Below the pieces are notes generated by a model, which worked only from the letters and a program-made list of their open reading frames with translations, was not told where the DNA came from and did not search any database. DNA of 64,000 nt. Source: Anaeramoeba ignava BMAN (Eukaryota > Protista > Anaeramoebae). How positions within the stretch are numbered: the stretch's first letter is position 1; the number at the start of each line of letters is the position of its first letter. This document shows positions 53,879 through 64,000 of this stretch, in pieces. The stretch lies in contig JAPDFW010000054.1 of the NCBI GenBank assembly GCA_028826165.1, positions 496,001 to 560,000 of the forward strand, read 5' to 3'. Both the position numbers and the translations under genes were made by a program.

Positions 53879-56755
53879 ATGTCACATTTATTTATTTCAG
53901 GAACTTCTTCTTCTTCATTTTTTTTAAAACCTGTTGTTAAATTTTCAGGGAAAAAAAATCAAATTAAAAATATTTCTTGTGGAGGATCTCATACAGCAAT
54001 TTCACTTGAAAATGGAAAAATTATAATTTTTATTCAAAAAAAATTTAGTGAAATGAAAAAAAATATTAAATCAAATCAAGATAATTTTTCTGAAAATTTT
54101 GAAGAGAAAAAATTTAATCAATTTAATGGAAAACAAATTTTAATGTTATCAAGTGGAGCAACTTCACTTCTTGCTCTTGTTGAAGGTTCTGTTTATCTTC
54201 TTGATTTCTCTTTTAATTTTCCAAATAAATTTGAAAAAATTAATTTTGGGAAACAGTTTAAAAAGTATTTATCGAATTGTTGCTGGAAGTAGTTTTTATT
54301 TTGCTTTAGAAAAAAGGTTATTTAAATTAGAATTAGAATTAGAATTTATTTATAAAATTAAAATTAAAATTAAAATTAAAATTAATTTATAAAATTAAAA
54401 TTAAAATTAAAATTAAAATTAAAATTAGAATTAAAATTAAAATTAAAATTAAAATTAAAATTCATTTATAAAATTAAAATTAAAATTAAAATTAAAATTA
54501 AAATTAAAATTAAAATTAAAATTCAAATTAAAATTAAAATTATAAAAATTAAAATTAAAATTAAAATTAAAATTAAAATTAAAATTAAAAATTTATAAAA
54601 TTAAAATTAAAATTAAAATTAAAATTAAAATTCATTTATAAAATTAAAATTAAAATTAAAATTAAAATTAAAATTAAAATTAAAATTAAAATTAAAATTA
54701 AAATTAAAATTAAAATTAAAATTAAAATTAAAATTAAAATTAAAATTAAAATTAAAATTCATTTATAAAATTAAAATTAAAATTAAAATTAAAATTAAAA
54801 TTAAAATTAAAATTAAAATTAAAATTAAAATTAAAATTAAAATTAAAAATTAAAATTAAAATTAAAATTAAAATTAAAATTAAAATTAAAATTAATTTAA
54901 AATTAAAATTAAAATTAAAATTAAAATTTAAAATTAAAATTTAAAATTTAAAATTAATATTAATATTAAAATTAAAATTTATTTATAAAATTAAAATTAA
55001 AATTAAAATTAAAATTCATTTATAAAATTTAAAATTTGAATTTAAAAAAGAGGTCATTTGTTTGCTTGGGGAAATAATAACTGTGGTCAACTTGGAACTG
55101 GAAATCAAGAAGAACAAAAAAATCCAATAGAAATAGAAATTAAAAATGCAGGTCCAATAAGTGAAGTAGCAGCAGGAGGTCAACATTCATTAGTATTAAC
55201 AACTTATTCACAATTATTTTCATGTGGAAAAAATCAATACGGACAATTAGGACATGGAAATAAAAAAGACAAATCAACATTTACTGAAGTATTATTTATT
55301 CCACAAAAAGAAAGAATCAAGTCAATAACTTGTGGAAATGAAATTAGTTTGATTTTAACTGAAAATGGAAAGGTTTTTATTGCAGGAAGAGGAAATGGAA
55401 CTGGATTGGGAAATTTGGAAGATCAACCCATCTTCCAAGAATGTATTTTTGGAAAAAATGTGGAAATCACTCAATTCTCTTCAGGTGGAGCTTATGGACA
55501 AAGTTTTTTTGTTGCAAAAAGTATTTTGTCAAATATTTATGGAGCTGGTGGAAATCAATATTCTCAAATTAAAAATAATCAAGATGAAAAAAGTGAATTG
55601 AGTCCTGTCAGAATTCCTTTTCCTGATGAATTCATACCAATTTCTTTTGCATGCGGTTGGATGCATATTGCATTTATTGCTGAAGAACCTTTAGCATTTC
55701 AAAACAAACCTAAAAACAAAAACAAAAACAAAAACAAAAACAAAAACAAAATGAAAATATAAATGAAAATATAGATGAAAATCAAGAAGAATTTCTTGGA
55801 AATTTTGCTCAATTACCAAATGAAATCATTTTCAAAATTCTTTCCTATCTTGATGCTGAATTTTTGACTAGGATTTCTCGTTGTTCGAAATTATTCAAAG
55901 TTTATGCAAATCAAAATATCTTTTGGAAATCATTATTCAAAAAATTCTGTGGAAAACCAAATCCTTTAGAATTAAAAATTATTGAAAATCCTCAAAATCT
56001 TGATTGCGGTTATTATGAAGCTTGTCTTTTCCGATATAATAACCCAGTTTATTTATCCAATGATGGAAAATACAAAATTTTTAAATGGAAAGCAAAAAAA
56101 GAAGGTCGACTTTTAACATTAGGACTTGATGCAGGTGGAAAAACAACAATGCTTTATAAAATTAAACTATGGTCAAATATAACAACAATTCCAACAATAG
56201 GTATAATTTATAAAATTTTTTATTAAAATAAATTAAATGTGAAAAAAAAGCAAAAAAAAAATGTGGACAATCCAAAAAAAAAAAATTTTTTTTAATTTAT
56301 TTTTAATTTAATTTTTAATTTAATTTTTAATTTAATTTTTAATTTAATTTTTAATTTAATTTTTAATTTAAGGTTTTAATGTTGAAAATTTTCAAGCTTT
56401 TGGATTTGAATTTAATATTTGGGATGTTGGAGTAGCAGATAAAGGAAGACCTCTTTGGAGACATTATTTTCAAGGAACTGATTGCTTAATTTTCCCTATT
56501 GATGCAAATGATGATCAACGTTTTGAAGAAGCTTTAAGTGAAATTTATCGATGTGCTCAAAGTGAACAACTTTCAAATAGTCTTTTTTTATTTCCTTTTA
56601 CAAAAATTGATATTGCAAAAAATTTTTCTTTAATTGAAAGAATTAAACAATTTGATTTTAAAAGAATTCCTCAATATCATAATTTTCTTAATATTTGTAC
56701 ACCTAGAGCTGAAGGACTTTATGAATTAATATTTTGGATTGCAGAACATATTTAA
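53879..56755 (+). CDS. RCC1-repeat + F-box + divergent Arf-like GTPase fusion protein
   Basis: RCC1 repeats ([43 protein letters not shown]), F-box ([39 protein letters not shown]) and Arf ([59 protein letters not shown]). Introns 54317-55050 and 56201-56372. Two single-base frameshifts (~54260, ~55750) lie in or beside A-runs. Confidence 0.8.
54340..55030. repeat. (TTAAAA)n microsatellite filling intron 1 of the RCC1-F-box-Arf gene
   Basis: Visible array inside GT54317..AG55050. Confidence 0.95.
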
Positions 56756-56878
56756 ATTAAATCAAAAATTTAAATCAAAAAAAATTTAAAAAAAGAAACC
56801 GTTAAATAAAATTTCGTTAAAAAATTAATTTAAAATTTTTTTTCATTTTTTTTCATTTTTATTTTTTTTAAAAAAAAA

Positions 56879-58525
56879 ATGGATTTATTTAAAAAAGAAA
56901 ATCAAAATCAAAATCAAGATGAAGATGATGAAGATTTGTTACAAATTTTTGATAAATATACTGATGCAAATTTTGTTGATTCTCGAATAAAAATTAAAAA
57001 GAAAAAAAAGAAGAATAAAAAAAATTTGGAGAAAAAAGTTAAAAAACAAAATTTAAATTTTAAAAATGAACAATTTAAATTTGAAGATTTTGAAGATGAA
57101 TTAAATCAAAATCAAAATCAAATTGAAAATCAAAATCAAATTGAAAATCAAATTGAAAATGAAATTGAAAATAAAATTGAAAATCAAATTGAAAATCAAA
57201 TTGAAAATCAAATTGAAAATCAAATTGAAAATCAAATTGAAAATCAAATTGAAATTGAAAATAAAATTGAAAATAAAATTGAAAATCAAATTGAAAATCA
57301 AATTGAAAATGAATCTTTTGATGATGATATAGAAATTGAAGAAATTGAAGATAAAAAAGAAAAAGAAGAAAAAGAAGAAAAAAATCAAAAAAAAGAAAGA
57401 AAACAAAAAGTGGAACATTTTGAAGATTCTGAATTTTTGGAATATGCAATTAATTGGCCTCAAAGATCTTCATTTGAAAAAGAACAATCAGATTTTAAAT
57501 TTAATCTTCATTTGTTACCATTAGATCAATTAAATGAAGAAATGGAAAAAGTAAATAATGAATTATGTTTAAAAATGGAGAGAATGAAAAATGAATATTA
57601 TTCGAAAAATGAACCAAGAAATTTTTTAATTAGAAGAGATCAAAAATTAACATTTGATAAAAATGGGAATGAAAAAGTTCTTACAATTTTACCACCAAAA
57701 GAAGAAATAGTCAAAAATAATAATGAAAATAATAATGAAAATAATAATGAAAATAATAATAATGAAAATAATAATGAAAATAATAATAATGAAAATAATA
57801 ATGAAAATAATAATAATGAAAATAATGAAAATAATAATAATGAAAAATGAAAATAATAATAATGAAAAAATGAAAATAATAATGAAAGCTTGAAAAGAAG
57901 AAAAAAATCTAAATCAAATCAGAATAAATCTGGTTTATCAGATTTCCAAAAAATTCTTGAACAAAAATCAAAAAAAGAAATTGATGAAATTATGTATGTT
58001 GTTAGTGGTGCTTGGAAACAACCAAAAATGACTCGTGAAAGTTTTCTTGAAAATCAAAGATTAAAATTACTCAATCAAAAAAATCAAAATGAAATTGAAG
58101 AAGAAAATTCAGATCAAGATCAAGAAGATGAAGATGATCAAAATAACTCAGAAAATCAACAAGAAAGTTTCTTGTCTCGTTATGCAGCAAGATTGGATAA
58201 TTCTTGGAAAAAAGAACTTTTTGAAGATCTTGGTGAATCCTCTTCTGAATCTGAACAGGATAAATTTGAGGAATTTAGTCTTGATGTTGGAATTGAATTC
58301 AAAAAAGAAAATGATTTGGAAAAAATTTCTCGATTTTCTTCTCAAATCCAAAAAAGAAAAAATTCACATCAAAATCAAAATCAAAAACAAATTTTGAATT
58401 ATAAAAATGATAATTCAAATAATTCTTCTCCAAATATTTCAAGAATACCAAGATTAAAAACAAAATTTCAAAATATTAAATCAGGAAATCAAATTCCAAT
58501 TGTTTTTTCTTCTAAAAAAATTTAA
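56879..58525 (+). CDS. Hypothetical acidic/low-complexity protein, frameshifted in an Asn repeat near 57850
   Basis: Two successive ORFs joined through an (NNE)n tract, with TTTTCATTTT motifs upstream. No family recognised. Confidence 0.6.
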
Positions 58526-58683
58526 ATAAAAAATAAAAAATAAAAGCAAAAAAAAAAAGAGGAAGAAAATCGTGTTAGTTCTTACTTTAAGAAAATTAAA
58601 AAAAAAAGAAGAAAGAAAGAAAGAAAATTTCATTTTTATTTTCTTTTGAAAATTCAAAATTTAAAGATTTAATTAATTAATTA

Positions 58684-60057
58684 ATGATGCAAAAATCTTT
58701 TGGAGGAGCTAAAGATATAACAAATTTCAGAATAAATGTTCAAAAAAAACAAACAGTAGTTGAAAGTTCAATTACTTATCATGGATTATTTTCAGAATAT
58801 TATTTCAATGCAGGAAAACCAGAAGAAGAGAAACTAATGTCAGTTCAACCCTTTTGTGCAATTTCACCAAATTTAGAAACAAAAGAAAAAGAATATTATT
58901 TATCAGTTATGATGAAATCCAAATATGATGGAGAAGGAATAAAGAAATTTGGAAGACCTTTAATCAATTGTGTGATTGTTTTGGATATTTCAGGTTCAAT
59001 GAGTATGTCTTTTACTGGTGATTGGAAAAGAAATGAAAACACTTCAAGTAAATTGGAAGTTGCAAAAAGAACTATAATTGGATTAACTGAACATTTAAAA
59101 GATGATGATTATTTGGGAATTGTTATTTTTGATGATGATGCTGAAGTTTTGATTCCTTTGCAAAAATTTGGAGAAATGGATATGGAAAAGTTTAAAAAAA
59201 CAATGAAGGAATTAGACACAAGAGGAGGAACTAATCTTGAAGAAGGATTTATTGAAGGATCAAGAATGATTGAAAATCACTTGAAGAAATTCAAAGGTGA
59301 TGAAATGAAAGAATATGAGCATAGAATCCTTTATTTAACAGATGCTCATCCAACAACTGGAGAAACAAGAAGCGATGGATTGTTTTCACTTACTAAAAAA
59401 TCAGCTGAAAAAAAGATTTACACAACTTTTATTGGTGTTGGAGTTGATTTTAATACAGAATTAATTGATGTCATCACAAAAACAAAAGGAGCTAATTATT
59501 ATTCAGTTAATTCATCTTCAGAATTCAAAAGAAGAATGGATACTGAATTTGATTATATTATGACACCTATTTGTTTTGATGTGAATGTTACAGTTGAAGG
59601 TGCAAAAATTCAATCAATTTATGGATCGCCTGATTCAGAACAAAAGAAAGATACAACAGTTGCTGAGATTTCAACAACAATGCCAAGTGATGTAAATGAG
59701 AATGGTGAAGTTCAAGGTTGTGTTTTATTGCTTAAGATGGATAAATCTGTTGCTGATGGTATTCCTTTGAATATTGTTATTACTTATAAGGATAAATATG
59801 GAAATGATTTCAAAGAAGTTACTAATGTTATTTTTCCTGAATTGAGTCAAAATCAAAATGAATTTTTTGAAGATAAAAGTATTAGAAAAGCTATTTTATT
59901 AATTCGTTTGGTTGATTTAGTTAAGAAATTCCATAAAGTTAATGATAAAGAAAAAGGTCAAAAATTTTTGGAACATTTGAAAACTGAAATTCCAATAATT
60001 GGTGATGAAAAATTAAACAGAGAAATTGATCTTCTGAATGATCTTTTAAAAGATTAA
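58684..60057 (+). CDS. von Willebrand factor A domain protein (prokaryote-like YfbK/archaeal type)
   Basis: Intronless. MIDAS DISGSM..GGT..LTDA, N-terminal GGAKDITNFR..ITYHGLFSEYYF, and TTFIGVGVDFN..GANYYSV. Confidence 0.88.
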   Translation: MMQKSFGGAKDITNFRINVQKKQTVVESSITYHGLFSEYYFNAGKPEEEKLMSVQPFCAISPNLETKEKEYYLSVMMKSKYDGEGIKKFGRPLINCVIVLDISGSMSMSFTGDWKRNENTSSKLEVAKRTIIGLTEHLKDDDYLGIVIFDDDAEVLIPLQKFGEMDMEKFKKTMKELDTRGGTNLEEGFIEGSRMIENHLKKFKGDEMKEYEHRILYLTDAHPTTGETRSDGLFSLTKKSAEKKIYTTFIGVGVDFNTELIDVITKTKGANYYSVNSSSEFKRRMDTEFDYIMTPICFDVNVTVEGAKIQSIYGSPDSEQKKDTTVAEISTTMPSDVNENGEVQGCVLLLKMDKSVADGIPLNIVITYKDKYGNDFKEVTNVIFPELSQNQNEFFEDKSIRKAILLIRLVDLVKKFHKVNDKEKGQKFLEHLKTEIPIIGDEKLNREIDLLNDLLKD

Positions 60058-60152
60058 AAACCAAAACAAAAACAAAACCAATTTAATTTTTCAATTTTTT
60101 CTTGTCAAATGGACTAATTATAATAAATCATTCAAAATTTTTGATTTTAATT

Positions 60153-61978
60153 TTAATTTTTAAATTTTTTAATTAATAAATCAAATAAATTTGGATTTGT
60201 TTGATTTAATTGAAAATAATCAATTCCAGTTTGAATTTCATCAATTATTTCTTTGTGTAATTTCAATTTCATCTTTAATTTGATTTGAATAAATCCAATA
60301 TTCAAATATTTGAAATGATTTATTACTTAATTCACTATAATCTGTAACTTTATTTGAAGTATCTTCAGTAACAGATAAAAACATTCCTCGATATAATTCA
60401 CTTCTCATTATTAATATTAATTTAGGAAATTTATATTGTTTTTCTTTTCTTTCAATTATAAAATCTTTTTCATTTTCATTTTCATTTTCATTTAAATAAA
60501 TTCTTTTCATTGTTTCTTCAATTTTTTCATTTGAATTTATAATTTCTTTAATTTCATAAATATAATTTTGATTTATAATTCTGTTTGAATAAATCATTTC
60601 AAATATTTGATTTGATTCTTTAATTGATTTTTTTGAAATAATTTCTTGAAGTTTTTCAATTTCATTTTGATTTTGATTTAATCTATATTTCAATATTAAT
60701 TTATGAGCTTCAATTATTTCTCCATTTTCGGTTTTAAATGAAATATTGCAAAATTCTTTTCTTTCAAATAATTTTATCAAATCTTCTTCAAGATTGGAAA
60801 AAGGAGGAGGAGAATAATAAAGAAATGATCTTTCATTTCCACAAGAAATATGATAATTAGAAATATTTTCATTAAATCTTAATTTAGGAAGTTCAATTTG
60901 AATTGGAATTGATTTACTTTCTGTATCTCCAGTTCCTAATTGACCATATAAATTATTTCCAAATCCTATTAATTTTGAATTAGAAGTTAAAATCAAAGTA
61001 TGAGAATTTCCACAAGAAAAATCAAGAATATTATCATCATTTTCAAATAAAGATGATTTGATTTCAGTAAATTCATAAGTATTTTCATGGTTTTTATCAA
61101 ATCCAATAAACCTATAAAATCCACATGAATAAAGTTTTCTTTTTGGATTTTCATTTTCATCTTCAATCAACATTATTGAATGAAAATTTCCACATTGAAT
61201 ATCAATTATTTTGCCTTTTGGAATATTTTGGATTTTGGTTAATTTTTGGATTTTTGCTCCAATAAATGAATTTCCCAATCCAAATTGACGATAATTGTTT
61301 CTTCCACAAACAAATAATTCTTGATTTGAATTTAAAAGAAAAACAGAATCTGTAGAATTTCCTGAAAATATTTTAGAAACATTTTTCATCATTAAAATTG
61401 GTTTTTGTGTCTTTTTAAGTTTTTCAGAATCAAAACCAAGTTGACCATATAGATTTGAACCAATTCCATAAGCATTTCTATTTGAAGTTAATAAGTAAAT
61501 TGATTCAGAGCCAGAAACAATATCTTGAATTATTCTATCATTTTTATCTTCAATTAATGATGAAATATTGATAAATTCATTTGGATTATTTGAATTAATA
61601 TCATATCCTTTGGAAAATGCATTTCCTTCTATTGTTAAAATAGCTTCATTTCCATCACCAACAGTTACTTTTTGAATATTTTCTTCAATTTGGATTTTTG
61701 AAGGATTTTGTTTTGAATCTTCTTTATTTAAATATTCTATTGCTTTTCCATTTGTAAAAAGGAAAATTGTTGAAAATTGACTTGATGAAATTTGTTTAAT
61801 TTGTTTTTCATTTTCATTTTCATTTTCATTTTCATTTTCATTTTCATTTTCATTTTCATTTTCATTTTTAAATTTAAATTGAATTGGTTTTGGTTTCTTC
61901 AAAAATAAAATTTCTATTTGGCTCATTTTTTAAAAGTTTTGGGTTTTCATTTAAACCAAAAAATAAACAATCATTCAT
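60153..61978 (-). CDS. RCC1-repeat propeller + tandem BTB protein, frameshifts near 61895 and 60252
   Basis: The start MNDCLFFG at 61978 matches the neighbouring copy, and RCC1 and BTB motifs match the other paralogues. Confidence 0.87.
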
Positions 61979-62115
61979 TTTTGAAAAGAAAAAAAATGAA
62001 AAAATGAATTTTGAATTTTAATTTTAATTTTGATTTTAATTTTAATTTTGATTTTAATTTTAATTTTGAAATTTTAATTTTAATTTTAATTTTAATTTTA
62101 ATTTTGATTTTAATT

Positions 62116-63902
62116 TTAATTTTGATTATTAAATTTGTTAATTAATAAATCAAATAAATTTGGATTTGTTTGATTTAATTGAAAATAATCAATTCCTATT
62201 TCCAATTCATCAATTATTTCTTGTGTAATTTCAATTTCTTTTTTAATTTGATTTGAATAAATCCAATATTCAAATATTTGAAATGATTTATTATTTAATT
62301 CACTATAATCTCTAACTTTATTAGAAGTATCATTTCAGTAACAGATAAAAACATTCCTCGATATAATTCACTTCTCATTATTAATATTAATTTAGGAAAT
62401 TTATATTGTTTTTCTTTTCTTTCAATTATAAAATCTTTTTCATTTTCATTTTCATTTAAATAAATTCTTTTCATTGTTTCTTCAATTTTTTCATTTGAAT
62501 TTATAATTTCTTTAATTTCAGAATATAATTTTGGATTTATTTTGGAATTGTTTGAATAAATCATTTCAAATATTTGATTTGATTCTTTAATTGATTTTTT
62601 TGAAATAATTTCTTGAAGTTTTTCAATTTGATTTTCATCTTTTAATCTATATTTCAATATTAATTTATGAGCTTTAATTATTTCTCCATTTTTGGTTTTA
62701 AATGAAATATCACAAAATTCTTTTCTTCTAAATAGTTTTATCAAATCTTCTTCAAGATTGGAAAAAGGAGGAGGAGAATAATAAAGAAATGAATTTTGAA
62801 AACCACAAGAAATATGATAATTGGAAATATCTTCATTAAATCTTAATTTAGGAAGTTCAATTTGAATTGGAATTAATTGATTTTTTGTATCTCCAGTTCC
62901 TAATTGACCATTATAATTATTTCCAAATACTATTAACTTTGAATTAGATGTTAAAATCAAAGTATGAGAATTTCCACAAGAAAATTTAAGAATATAATCA
63001 TCATTTTCAAATAAAGATGATTTGATTTCAGTAAATTCATAAATATCTTCATCTTTTCCATTATTTTTGAAATGACCAGTTGAATAAAGTTTTCTTTTTG
63101 GATTTTCATTTTCATCTTCAATCAACATTATTGAATGATAACTTCCACATTGAATATCAATTATTTTGCCTTTTGGAATATTTTGGATTTTGGTTAATTT
63201 TTGGATTTCTTCTTCTATTGCCAAATCGATATCTCCTAATCCAAGTTGACCCCAATAATGATCTCCGCAACAAAATAATTCTTGATTTGAATTTAAAAGA
63301 AAAACAGAATCTGTAGAATTTCCTGAAAATATTTTAGAAACATTTTTCATCATTAAAATTGGTTTTTGTGTTTTTTTAAGTGTTTCAGAATCAAAACCAA
63401 GTTGACTAAATTGATTTGAACCAATTCCATAAGCATTTCTATTTGAAGTTAATAAGTAAATTGATTCAGAGCCAGAAACAATATCTTGAATTATTCTATC
63501 ATTTTTATCTTCAATTAATGATGAAATATTGATAAATTCTTTTGTATTTTTTGAATTAATATCTTCTCCTTTGGAAAATACATTTCCTTCTTTTGTTAAA
63601 ATAGCTTCATTTCCATGACCAACAGTTACTTTTTGAATATTTTCAATTTGGATTTTTGAAGGATTTTGTTTTGAATCTTTTAAATATTCTATTGCTTTTC
63701 CATTTTCAAAAAGGAAAATTGTTGAAAATCTTCCTGATGAAATTTGTTTAATTTGTTTTTCATTTTCATTTTCATTTTCATTTTCATTTTCATTTTCATT
63801 TTCATTTTTAAATTTAAATTGAATTGGTCTTATTATTCTATTTGGCTCATTTTTTAAAAGTTTTGGATTTTGATTTAAACCAAAAAATAAACAATCATTC
63901 AT
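62116..63902 (-). CDS. RCC1-repeat propeller + tandem BTB protein, frameshift near 62333
   Basis: 535-aa ORF plus the conserved C-terminus (FEYWIYSNQIK..NPNLFDLLINKFNNQN) in the shifted frame. Confidence 0.88.
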
Positions 63903-64000
63903 TTTTGAAAAGAAAAAAAATGAAAAAATGATTTTTGAATTTTAATTTTAAATTTTAATTTTAATTTTGATTTTAATTTTAATTTTAATTTTAATTTTAA

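Noticed and set aside
16090-60062. TAAA overlapping stop codons as a Trichomonas-type polyadenylation signal
   Set aside because: It is present at many gene ends but expected by chance at this AT content; it needs 3'-end data.
22860-62340. Numerous frameshifts as programmed frameshifting or mass pseudogenisation
   Set aside because: Most fall in or next to A/T homopolymers or microsatellites and also hit conserved housekeeping genes (XRN, Dsk2), so uncorrected long-read errors are the simpler explanation.

Overview
Extremely AT-rich, intron-containing eukaryotic DNA in the standard genetic code. It is most consistent with an anaerobic protist such as the metamonad Anaeramoeba; this is an inference from the composition, the N/Q microsatellite-derived tracts and the RCC1-BTB and BTB-TLDc expansions. 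Many single-base homopolymer indels split genes, as expected of an incompletely polished long-read assembly. About 24 genes can be rebuilt by manual splicing: TRAPPC8, DOCK, a GH77/DPE2 glucanotransferase with three CBM20 modules, a Par3/HAL-N-like protein, an acid ceramidase/NAAA, PPIL4, an N/Q prion-like protein, an XRN exoribonuclease, a coiled-coil-RGS-DUF547 fusion, a MARK/AMPK-like kinase, two BTB-TLDc genes, four RCC1-BTB paralogues plus one fragment, a Bub2/Cdc16-like TBC GAP, a HEH/LEM-MSC nuclear envelope protein, a 7-bladed FG-GAP surface protein, a Dsk2/ubiquilin, a prokaryote-like vWA protein and a hypothetical protein. The best novelty candidate is an RCC1-propeller/F-box/Arf fusion (53879-56755) whose Arf domain has a degenerate G3 motif and whose last exon is absent from the ORF track. 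Next are tandem RCC1-BTB cullin adaptors with hypervariable propeller loops and near-invariant BTB domains. Other signals are a TTTTCATTTT initiator-like motif before most start codons, about one third of introns ending in AAG, satellite-filled introns, and 145-170 bp minisatellites beside the BTB clusters.
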